A program made the position numbers and the translations under genes. This document shows, one piece after another, positions 52,991-64,000 of a stretch of DNA of 64,000 nt (its first letter is position 1; the number at the start of each line of letters is the position of its first letter). The notes under the pieces are model-generated. The model made no database searches. It had not been told where the DNA came from and worked only from the letters and a program-made list of their open reading frames with translations. Origin of the DNA: Octopus sinensis (Eukaryota); assembly GCF_006345805.1 (NCBI RefSeq), contig NC_043000.1, forward strand, positions 125,178,001 through 125,242,000, given 5' to 3'.

Positions 52991-53487
52991 TACCGTAAAT
53001 CCTCGAGTATAGTCCACCCTTAAGTATAATACGCAGGGGATTTTTAGGGGGTTGTACCTCTGAAAATCTTAAACTTTGTGTATAATATACACCCCTTCTC
53101 TAACTTGAATCGTGCATATTAAGCCAGCAATACCTAGTCAAACAAACACTTCCACACATGCGTAATACAATAATGGTGATGTTCTTAACTGTTATATGGG
53201 GATGTAAATATGTTTGCAAATTGTTTTTTTGTTATATGTTATTCTGTGTTCTGAATACTTTTATTTTAATATAAATGTTGCTTACTACAAGTTATGGATG
53301 ATTCTTTTATGACTTCATTGCTTTCAGGCTTAGCTTAAGGTATTTTTGTGCCCGACACCACAAAATGCATCTGAATAAACATTGCCGGACCCAAATAGAG
53401 ACTTGGACATTGTCTAGAAAATATCTTTCATTTTTGACCTTTAAATTATGGGTAAAAAATGCGGATTATACTCAAAGATTTACGGTA
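52991..53487. mobile_element. pogo/Tigger-like MITE
   Basis: TIRs taccgtaaatcctcgagtata / tatactcaaagatttacggta. Confidence 0.75.
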
Positions 53488-53888
53488 ATCACTATTTAAG
53501 TTAGCTACAAACCAGATTTTAGCTGAAATGGCTAGACTAAGTTGCATAATGTACACTGACTGGTAGTGTGATTAAATACTTTGTAAATACTTTCATGCAG
53601 AAACAGCATGTACTGGAAAATCTAATATAAATTTAATCTGATTAAACATAAATTTGTAATGGCGATACTGTAGAAAGTAATAAAATGTGAATACAAGTAA
53701 ATTTGTACATATACACACATTATAGCTATATAAAGATATGCATACAAACACACACACATAATATAATATTATATTACATTATATATTATCTATATATATG
53801 CACATATATATGTGTGTGTGCATATATATAGATAATATTATCTATCAATATATCTATATCTATCTATCTATATATCTATCTATCTCTC

Positions 53889-53922
<34 letters not shown>

Positions 53923-53951
53923 TATATATATATATATAATATATATATATA

Positions 53952-54055
<104 letters not shown>

Positions 54056-54069
54056 TATATATATGTATA

Positions 54070-54570
54070 TATATACATGTGTATGCGTTTGTGAGTTATA
54101 TATGTCTAGAAAGTTTAGATAAAAATTAGCAACAAAATAGCATTAATTAATCATTCAATTTCACTTAATTATACTTATAATTAATTACAGAAGTTTATTG
54201 TTTATGATGAAGAATATTTTAAACAGCCTCATTAATTAGCAAACTGTAATATAACTAAATTTGTGTAACCGTGTACTTAAGAAGTCCCTTTCACAACTAT
54301 ATAGTCTTCAGTTCAATTCTGGTTTATGGCACCTTGATCACATGTTGTCTACTATAGTCTTGGCTTTACCAATGCCTTACGAGTAAAATATGGAATATTT
54401 ATATAGATGCTGCTATGGCTGTATGGTATGAAGTTTGGTTCCCAACTATATGGATCCAGGTTCAGTCTCACTGCAAGAGACCTTGGACAAGTGTCTTCTA
54501 CTATAACCACAGGCCCACCAAAACCTTGAGAGTGAATTTTGTAGATGGAAACTGAACTGAAAGAAGCCTG

Positions 54571-54619
<49 letters not shown>

Positions 54620-54937
54620 ATATATATATATACATGTATATTTATGTGTGTGGTGTGTGTCTTGGACTTGGACATCATGTAATAGTCGTAAAGTGATTGC
54701 CATTGTCATACAAGTAATGTCATTTATTTCTAATGTCCTGCAAGAACATGGGAAAATATTACCTCGCTTAGAAACATGTGACAGTAATGGCATCCAGCTG
54801 TAGAAAATCTGACTCAAAGAATTCCACCTCATCCATGGAAGTATGGAAAAGTAAATATTAAAATGATGATATGTATGTGTGTATGTATGTATGTATGTAT
54901 GTATGTATGTATGTATGTATGTATGTATGTATATATA

Positions 54938-54992
<55 letters not shown>

Positions 54993-55555
54993 TATATATA
55001 TTATATATATATAATATATATATATATATATTATATATATATATATATGTATATATATACATGTGTATGCGTTTGTGAGTTATATATGTCTAGAAAGTTT
55101 AGATAAAAATTAGCAACAAAATAGCATTAATTAATCATTTCAATTTCACTTAATTATACTTATAATTAATTACAGAAGTTTATTGTTTATGATGAAGAAT
55201 ATTTTAAACAGCCTCATTAATTAGCAAACTGTAATATAACTAAATTTGTGTAACCGTGTACTTAAGAAGTCCCTTTCACAACTATATAGTCTTCAGTTCA
55301 ATTCTGGTTTATGGCACCTTGATCACATGTTGTCTACTATAGTCTTGGCTTTACCAATGCCTTACGAGTAAAATATGGAATATTTATATAGATGCTGCTA
55401 TGGCTGTATGGTATGAAGTTTGGTTCCCAACTATATGGATCCAGGTTCAGTCTCACTGCAAGAGACCTTGGACAAGTGTCTTCTACTATAACCACAGGCC
55501 CACCAAAACCTTGAGAGTGAATTTTGTAGATGGAAACTGAACTGAAAGAAGCCTG

Positions 55556-55608
<53 letters not shown>

Positions 55609-55900
55609 CATGTATATTTATGTGTGTGGTGTGTGTCTTGGACTTGGACATCATGTAATAGTCGTAAAGTGATTGCCATTGTCATACAAGTAATGTCATT
55701 TATTCTAATGTCCTGCAAGAACATGGGAAAATATTACCTCGCTTAGAAACATGTGACAGTAATGGCATCCAGCTGTAGAAAATCTGACTCAAAGAATTCC
55801 ACCTCATCCATGGAAGTATGGAAAAGTAAATATTAAAATGATGATATGTATGTGTGTATGTATGTATGTATGTATGTATGTATGTATGTATGTATGTATG
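54070..55900. repeat. ~990-bp near-identical tandem duplication including a SINE A variant
   Basis: 54070-54930 vs 55055-55900; differences seen are mostly homopolymer/microsatellite length. Confidence 0.92.
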
Positions 55901-55927
55901 TATGTATGAATGTATGTATGTATGTAT

Positions 55928-56083
55928 TTGTGGATTAACAATGCCACCAATGGTTTCATGTAATAAAAATTTTACAACTTTTCATGCATTCTAACTAAGA
56001 ATCTTGGTAATCAGCCTCCATATTGGATGAAAATTTGTTAAATTTGTGCATGAAATCATTGGTAGCATTATATTAATCCACAA
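55928..56083. repeat. Diverged foldback with partial hammerhead-like half (GAAA cca t tgg TA)
   Basis: ttgtggattaa..aatgccaccaatggtttcatg / catgaaatcattggtagcatt..ttaatccacaa. Confidence 0.6.
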
Positions 56084-56137
56084 ATAATAAAGATATTTCT
56101 TCATCTAATGCATGTGTAGATATATATATATATATAT

Positions 56138-56408
56138 CATGATCATCGTCGTCATTTAACATCCACTTTCCATGCTAGCATGGGTTGGATGGTTCAACTG
56201 GGGTCGGGGAAGCCAGGAAGCTGCACCAGGCTCCAGCCTGATCTGGCAGTGTTTCTACAGCTAGATGCCCTTCCTAACGCCAACTATTCCATGAGTGTAG
56301 TGGGTGCTTTTTACGTGTCACTGGCACAGGGGCCAGAGGGGGCTGGCAATGGCGACAATTGGTTGGTGCCTTTCACATGCCACCGGCACAGACGCCAGTC
56401 AAGGCAGA
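56138..56408 (-). mobile_element. RTE 3' end
   Basis: Same 3' UTR as the other copies. Confidence 0.8.
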
Positions 56409-56723
56409 GCTATATATATATATATATATATATTATAAATTAATTAATAAGGGGGAGAGAGAATTAGATGCTAATTTAATAGTATATCTATTCAACACCA
56501 AGTGGCCTCTAGTGCTCCGAGAAACCTGGATTATTATAATATTATATAATATATTATAATATTTTTACAAAATAAATATAAGAGAGTGGTCACTATATGG
56601 CTCACTCTAGCACCAGTTAATCCAAAAGGTTTCAACCACAAAAATACATGTTTCCCATGAAAGTCAGTACGATTGTTAGCTCACACGGACAGGGCAAATA
56701 AAAAATAACAAAAATACAGATTA

Positions 56724-56805
56724 TTTTGGGACAATTGTTTCGCTATTAATGAATTAAATGTAATTTTACTTACAAAAAAATCCACTTGTAGCTCGTCAGC
56801 CAAAA
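56724..56805 (-). ncRNA. Type I hammerhead ribozyme
   Basis: ttttgg CTGACGA gcta...tagc GAAA caattg TC ccaaaa on the minus strand; copy at 57259-57339 lacks one A of GAAA. Confidence 0.8.
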
Positions 56806-57825
56806 CTATCTGGATGAAATCCACTCAATCACACGCCAGATTTTACCATAAAGATAAATACGCGTGTGGTTCAATTGATTACATCCGACGTTATAATTCA
56901 AATGCCCCAACTAACAGCGCGCCAAACTTTCACGGAAAACAATACAGCATTTAGAAATAAATGCAGCATAATTAATTAATAATAAGGGTGAGAGAATTAG
57001 ATGCTAATTTAATAGTATATCTATTCAACACCAAGTGGCCTAGTGCTCCGAGAAACCTGGATTATTATATATTATATAATATAATATATTATAATATTTT
57101 TACAAAATAAATATAAGAGAGTGGTCACTATATGGCTCACTCTAGCACCAGTTAATCCAAAAGGTTTCAACCACAAAAATACATGTTTCCCATGAAAGTC
57201 AGTACGATTGTTAGCTCACACGGACAGGGCAAAAAAAAAATAACAAAAATACAGATTATTTTGGGACAATTGTTCGCTATTAATGAATTAAATGTAATTT
57301 TACTTACAAAAAAATCCACTTGTAGCTCGTCAGCCAAAACTATCTGGATGAAATCCACTCAATCACACGCCAGATTTTACCATAACGATAAATACGCGTG
57401 TGTTCAATTGATTACATCCGACGTTATAATTCAAATGCCCCAACTAACAGCGCGCCCAACTTTCACGGAAAACAAATACAGCATTTAGAAATAAATGCAG
57501 CATAATTATAATTAATTAATAAGGGTGAGAGAATTAGATGCTAATTTATAGTATATCTATTCAACACCAAGTGGCCTAATGCTCCGAGAAACCTGGATTA
57601 TTATTAATATTATAATATATTATAATATTTTTACAAAATAAATATAAGAGAGTGGTCACTATATGGCTCACTCTAGCACCAGTTAATCCAAAAGGTTTCA
57701 ACCACAAAAATACATGTTTCCATGAAAGTCAGTACGATTGTTAGCTCACACGGACAGGGCAAATAAAAAATCAAAAACAAAAATACAGATTATTTTGGGA
57801 CAATTGTTTCACTATTAATGAATAG

Positions 57826-57907
57826 TTTTGGCTGACGAGCTACAAGTGGATTTTTTTGTAAGTAAAATTACATTTAATTCATTAATAGCGAAACAATTGT
57901 CCCAAAA
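57826..57907 (+). ncRNA. Type I hammerhead ribozyme, canonical core, GUC site
   Basis: Stem I ttttgg/ccaaaa, CTGACGA 57832-57838, stem II gcta/tagc, GAAAC-aatt-GTC; predicted cut after 57901. Confidence 0.85.
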
Positions 57908-58358
57908 ATCTGTATTTTTGTTATTTTTTATTTGCCCTGTCCGTGTGAGCTAACAATCGTACTGACTTTCATGGGAAACATGTATTTTTGTGGTTGAAAC
58001 CTTTTGGATTAACTGGTGCTAGAGTGAGCCATATAGTGACCACTCTCTTATATTTATTTTGTAAAAATATTATAATATATTATATAATATTATAATAATC
58101 CAGGTTTCTCGGAGCACTAGGCCACTTGGTGTTGAATAGATATACTATTAAATTAGCATCTAATTCTCTCACCCTTATTAATTAATTATAATTATGCTGC
58201 ATTTATTTCTAAATGCTGTATTTGTTTTCCGTGAAAGTTTGGCGCGCTGTTAGTTGGGGCATTTGAATTATAACGTCGGATGTAATCAATTGAACCACAC
58301 GCGTATTTATCGTTATGGTAAAATCTGGCATGTGATTGAGTGGATTTCATCCAGATAG

Positions 58359-58439
58359 TTTTGGCTGACGAGCTACAAGTGGATTTTTTTGTAAGTAAAA
58401 TTACATTTAATTCATAATAGCGAAACAATTGTCCCAAAA
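58359..58439 (+). ncRNA. Type I hammerhead ribozyme, canonical core, GUC site
   Basis: Same motif; predicted cut after 58433. Confidence 0.85.
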
Positions 58440-58590
58440 TAATCTGTATTTTTGTTATTTTTTATTTGCCCTGTCCGTGTGAGCTAACAATCGTACTGAC
58501 TTTCATGGGAAACATGTATTTTTGTGGTTAACCTTTTGGATTAACTGGTGCTAGAGTGAGCCATATAGTGACCACTCTCTATATTTTATT

Positions 58591-58621
<31 letters not shown>

Positions 58622-58629
58622 ACTATATC

Positions 58630-59014
58630 ATGGAGGCAATGTTACCAATGCTGGTGTTGCAGAACTAGCAACTGTGCCAGTGGCACATAAAATTACCTTT
58701 GGAGCACTGGGCCTCACAGAGGCAATGACAAATGACCAAGACTTTTGGCAATGTGCTGTACTTGAGAAGGAAGATCCATGAAGATCAGTGAAATCATAGT
58801 CGTGACAGACATACTGTTGTCACACAAATGGCACCCGTGCTAGTGGCATGTAAAAACATCCAATACACTGTTGGAGTGATTGACGTTAGGAAGGGCATCT
58901 GGCCATAGAAAACCATGCCAAATCAGACTGGATCCTGGCGCAGCCCTTCAGATTACCAGCACTGGTCAAACCATCCAGCCAATACCAGCATGGACAATGG
59001 ACGTTAAATGATGA

Positions 59015-59048
<34 letters not shown>

Positions 59049-59143
59049 GGTGGTGGTGGTGGTGGTGGTGGTGATGATGATGATGATGGTGGTGGTGGTG
59101 ATGATGATGATGATGATGGTGATGGTGATGATGATGATGATGA
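58630..59143 (+). mobile_element. RTE 3' end with GAT/GGT tail
   Basis: gacgttaggaagggcatc...ccagcatggacaatggacgttaaa(tga)n. Confidence 0.75.
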
Positions 59144-59732
59144 CATATGTGTGTATGTTTATTAGTCAATGAGCGAAAAAGGGAAGACATGTGTAGGGAC
59201 AAGTTTTATGACTGAGATAGGGAACCAGGAGGAGGAGGAGGAGGAGGAGGAGACGGTGGTGGTGGCAGCAGCAGCAGTGGAAGAGGAAGGAGAGGAGGTA
59301 GCAGCAGAGGAGGAAGTAGTAGCATAGGAAGAGGAAGAGGTTTTAAAGGAATTCCCCAACAGAAACTCAAACTGAAGAAAATGTGACCACTTCTGCTTCT
59401 ACTGAAGACATTCCATCAAAACTCAACCGAAATTGTTTACACATAAAATGTGATTAATTTTCATGTCATGCTTAAATCACAAACCTTTCCCAGCAGAATG
59501 AAACAAAGAGCAAGCCAAAACCCCTTGTTTTGATTTTTTTTCTTTTATCTACCAAATCTCAGGAACAAGGCATGCTAATGTGTGATTTTTAACTATATTC
59601 TCCAAATCATTTAAATCTAAAGAAAGTGGTGCACGACACCATTATAAGATTGGCACTATAAATCAATTTATGGATGCTGAAGTGAAATATATACATACAC
59701 ACATATATATATATATATATAAATATATATAT

Positions 59733-60153
59733 AGGTGCAGGAGTGTAAGAAGCTTGCTTACCAACCACATGGTTCCAGGTTCAGTCCCACTGTGTGGCAC
59801 CTTGGGGAAGTGTATTCTACTATAGCTTCAGGCCAACAAAGCCTTGTGAGAGGATTTGGTAGTAGATGGAAACTGAAAGAAACCAGTCGTATATATGTAT
59901 ATGCGTGTGTGTGTGTGTGTGTGTGTGGTGTGTGTGTGTGTGTTTGTGCGTCTGTGTTTGTCCCCACAACATTGCTTGACAACCGAACCTGGTGTGTTTG
60001 CATCCCTGTAACTTAGCAGTTTGGCAAAAGAGACCGATAAAATAAATACTAGGCTTACTAAGAATAAGTCCTGGGGTTGATTTGCTCAACTAAAGGCGGT
60101 GCTCCAGCATGGCCACAGTCAAATGACTGAGACAAGTAATAGAGTAAAGAGAG
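59733..60153 (+). mobile_element. SINE family A
   Basis: Collinear with 3817-4208. Confidence 0.85.
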
Positions 60154-60172
60154 TATATATATATATATATAT

Positions 60173-60205
<33 letters not shown>

Positions 60206-60243
60206 CTGTAATATAATATGTGACAATTATTCGGTTTGCATTA

Positions 60244-60303
60244 ATAAAACTCTGAGTTTCAGATGTCGGGGCAGAAATCTGCTCTGGCATCTCGTCAGTT
60301 TTC
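60244..60303 (-). ncRNA. Hammerhead-like motif in a short element between TA tracts
   Basis: Minus strand: aaaa CTGACGA gatgccagagcag..ctgccccgacatc t GAAA ctc a gag TT; stem I weak. Confidence 0.55.
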
Positions 60304-60522
60304 AAGGAGTTTATAATGGCAACCGAATAATTGTCACATATTATATTACAAATAAATTCCTCTATTTACATAATATCGAGATCTCATTCATTCTTTGTTG
60401 TCATACCATACTATTAATATATGTATAATATATATATATATATATATGTATTATATATATATATATATTGTATATATATATATACATATATATATATACA
60501 TATATGCATATATATATATGTG

Positions 60523-60554
<32 letters not shown>

Positions 60555-60619
60555 ATATATATTATATATAATATATATATATACACATATATATATATAT
60601 AATATATATATTATATATA

Positions 60620-61178
60620 TCATCATCATCGTTTAACGTCCGTTTTCCGCGCTAGCACGGGTTGGATGGTTCGACCAGGGTCTGGGAAGCCAGGGGCTGC
60701 ACCAGGCTCCAATCTGATCTGGCAGAGTTTCTACAGCTGGATGCCCTTCCTAACGCCAACCACTCCGCGAGTGTAGTGGGTGCTTTTTACGTGTCACCTG
60801 CACAGGTGCCAGGGCGGTCCGGCATCAGCCATGATCGGTTGGAACTTTTAACGTGCCACCGGCACGGAAGCGAGCTTAGGCGGCGCTGGCAACGGCCACG
60901 TTCGGATGGTGCTTTTTATGTGCCAGCGGCACAGAAGCCAGTCGGGGCGGCACTGGCTGGCATCGGCCACGTTCGGATGGTGCTTTTTATGTGCCGCCGG
61001 CACAGAAGCCAGTCAGGGCGGTGCTGGCATCGGCCACATTCAGATGGTGCTTTTTATGTGCCACCGGCACAGGAGCCAGTCGAGGCGGCACTGGCATCGG
61101 CCACATTCGGATGGTGATTTTTATGTGCCACTGGCACAGGAGCCAGTCAGAGCGGCGCTGGATGGCATCGGCCACGTT

Positions 61179-61182
<4 letters not shown>
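60620..61182 (-). mobile_element. RTE 3' UTR with about six minisatellite units
   Basis: Repeated ggcatcggccacgttcggatggtgctttttatgtgccaccggcacag. Confidence 0.9.
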
Positions 61183-61226
<44 letters not shown>

Positions 61227-61590
61227 TACTTGGAGGAAACGAAACGAAACGACGCGAGGGTGCTCAGTCACACAGTAGTGTAATAAACAAAATATACGCA
61301 TACATACATACATATATGCACATACCCACATCCACATGCACACATACATGCACATATATATATATATATATACACATATATATGAGTTCAGGACACCACA
61401 AACAGACGCAGAACCCAACGAGAAACGAAAACGCAAAAACAAACAGGGAACGGACCCCCATTAACAATGAAAAAACAGAGCACAAGACAAACAACACAAG
61501 GAAAATTCCCCCTCTTCAGCTGCAGCAGAAAATTTTACAAAACCCGTTACTCTGAGTTTCCCGTTGCCGGTGAACAGCAACGAGAAACTC

Positions 61591-61661
<71 letters not shown>

Positions 61662-61873
61662 CATATTATTTCTACTTACCTGTATGTATTCATTCATTCA
61701 TTTATATATATAAAATGATAATTAATTCCCTTTACATTTTTCATCGAGGTAGTTACAAAACTGAAATTTCAAGATTCAATTTCCATTTCTTAATATAGTT
61801 TCAAATTTAATAAAAGTGGAAATTTGCAGCTTAAAATATTCTTGTCTTTTTACTTCTTGAAATACTTTCTCCC

Positions 61874-61944
<71 letters not shown>

Positions 61945-61981
61945 CATCATCATCATTATTATTATTATTATTATAATTATA

Positions 61982-62032
<51 letters not shown>

Positions 62033-63714
62033 CATCATCATTGTCGTCGTCATTTTACGTTTCAATATTCATTTGTAAATTATGAATGAAGTGAAACCCA
62101 CTTCCAGAATAATTAGCAAATGTAGTAGAACTAAATTATCTGATGCTTCTTCGATTTTTGTATTTCCTTCTTAATGCTTTGGTTTCCTACTTTCACACAT
62201 GCAAATTGGTTAATAGCTAATGTATGGTTTTTTGACGGGTAACAAATGCAAAAAAAAAATTATCGAGGCACTGGATTTCTTTTGCTACAACTTGCTCAGT
62301 TCTTAGTGTTCTGAGTTTGAAGCTTTGGTCAAAATAAGAAAATAAAATCTATGAAAGTAATGATGGTGCATCCATTATAATCATTTTAAAGCTCACTTTG
62401 CCATGCTAGCATGGATTGTCGTTTGTTCCTTTCCAAGCCATTACTGGCTCATAAGGCAGCGAGCTGGCAGAATCATTAGCACACCAGGTGAAATATTTAG
62501 TGGTATTTGGTCTGCCACTACATTCTTTTAACGTCCACTCTTTTATGCTTGTGTGGGTCAAACAGAATCTATGTAGGTGGATTGTCAAAGGTCAGGCATC
62601 CTTCCTGTTACCAACCCATGCCCGTTTCCAAGCAAGATATTATTTCTCTCAATGACCAAACTTGGACAAGTATACCATAGCCCTGAACCAACCAATGCTA
62701 TGGGAGCAAGCATGGCTGTGTGGTTAGAAAGTTTTCTTCCCAAACACATGGTTTGAGGGTCAGTTCTAACACATGGCACCTTGGGCAAGTATCTTCCATT
62801 ACAGCTTCAGCTGACCAAAGACTTGTAGGTAGATTTTGCAGGCAAAAACTGAATATTTTGTTGGATATTAGAAATGAATGACACTGCTTATATGACAGTG
62901 ACACTCTTTTATAACTATTATGTGAGTGTTGTTTTAGTTGAATTCTCTATGCCCTACCTGGCTGGGACTTAGGAAGGACAGCAAAATGGAGAAGGAATTA
63001 GAAAATATTTCACCATTGACAAGGCTGAGACATGTAAGAGAACGACCAAAGCTGGGAACAAAGAGGTAATCCTTAGCAAATCCTAAAATAAAATAGTTCC
63101 TGGATGATTGGAGTGTTATGTGGTGGATGGATAATAGAAGGGGTAAAAGAACCCAGATAATCCCTTGATTGTATCAATACACTGTGCTGCATCACTGAAG
63201 GGAATGATACCATCAGAACAAGCCAAATTCATTTTGATCTGTGACCAACAGCTGATGAAGGGCGTGTCCCACAGTGCATGATATATATAAAATATTGAAC
63301 CTCTTTCCAATAAAAATTATGTTTCCAGCTATTGAGAAGAGATCAATATCAGATACAAGGTCAGCTGACACCATGTGCATTATTTTATTGGTTTTCAGTT
63401 TTCGTAGTAATAACAGCTCAGCTGAAATTGGAGACAATGCCATCTGCAAATATGTGTTTGATGTAGAGATAGTTAGAAAGACATACCTTATTAAATTCAT
63501 TTCAAAAAGCTTGCCTCCATCTGAAGTTCTGCTCGAATAATAACATAACATAAAATAATTGTATTATTCATACTTTTGTGGTGTTTACATAAACAAATTT
63601 TAGTTTTGCATTCGTTTCTCTCTAATTGCGCAAGAGAGCCAAAGGCACTGACTCAAAGTGATGTTCTCTCTCACTTAATTTTTATCTTCGTCAATAAAAC
63701 AGGAATCCACATAA

Positions 63715-64000
63715 TCATAACAATCATCATCGTCATCATCATTACAACTGCCGCCACCACCACTGTCGTCGTCGTCATCATCATCACAACCAATGCCGAG
63801 GTCCAGTACCACTAACACTACCACAACTGCCACCACCATCCTCCTCCTCCTCATCATCATCATTATCATCATCATCATCATTTTATCAACCACCATTGCC
63901 ATCTCCACTACCACAACTTCTACCACTACTGCCACCACCACCACCATCACAACAATCACAACCATCATCATCGTCATCGTTGTTGTCATCATCCTCATCA
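63715..64000. repeat. (CAT/CAC)n low-complexity tract
   Basis: Direct reading. Confidence 0.9.

Larger units (their letters stand above)
56437..58590. mobile_element. Tandem + inverted ~535-bp hammerhead-bearing repeat (retrozyme-like / non-autonomous PLE)
   Basis: ~2.6 units 56437-57822, then ~1.45 inverted units 57822-58590; near-identical; (TA)n on both sides. Confidence 0.88.

Noticed and set aside
57183-57488. 101-aa ORF within the 535-bp unit
   Set aside because: Disrupted by stops or indels in sister copies; no recognisable motif
63213-63551. Overlapping 112-aa and 88-aa ORFs in unique sequence
   Set aside because: No recognisable domain or convincing splice structure; cannot support a gene call

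Overview
AT-rich, microsatellite-saturated eukaryotic DNA with no confidently identifiable host gene. It is probably intronic or intergenic, and the SINE/LINE repertoire and composition suggest an octopus-like cephalopod genome (inference). Almost all ORFs in the supplied track are microsatellite or repeat translations. Recognisable content: (1) a near full-length, inactivated Penelope-like retroelement (PLE; RT + GIY-YIG, Neptune-like Cys linker) at 40.9-46.3 kb, with an inverted 5' pseudo-LTR and an intact coiled-coil ORF1 that meets the RT frame at an in-phase T TTT TTA heptamer; (2) two young non-coding elements (9.3-10.6 kb, 479-bp unit; 56.4-58.6 kb, ~535-bp unit) built of tandem plus inverted copies, each unit carrying a type I hammerhead ribozyme (HHR) motif, i.e. 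retrozyme-like or non-autonomous PLE candidates; (3) many smaller foldback elements beside (TA)n tracts with intact or decayed HHR cores, one with a tRNA-like head; (4) many 5'-truncated RTE-type LINE copies with (GAT)n tails, three tRNA-derived SINE families, R4/Dong-like fragments in (TAA)n and (ATAC)n arrays, and mariner-, hAT-, pogo- and piggyBac-like non-autonomous DNA transposons. All structures were read by eye; no searches or folding were run.
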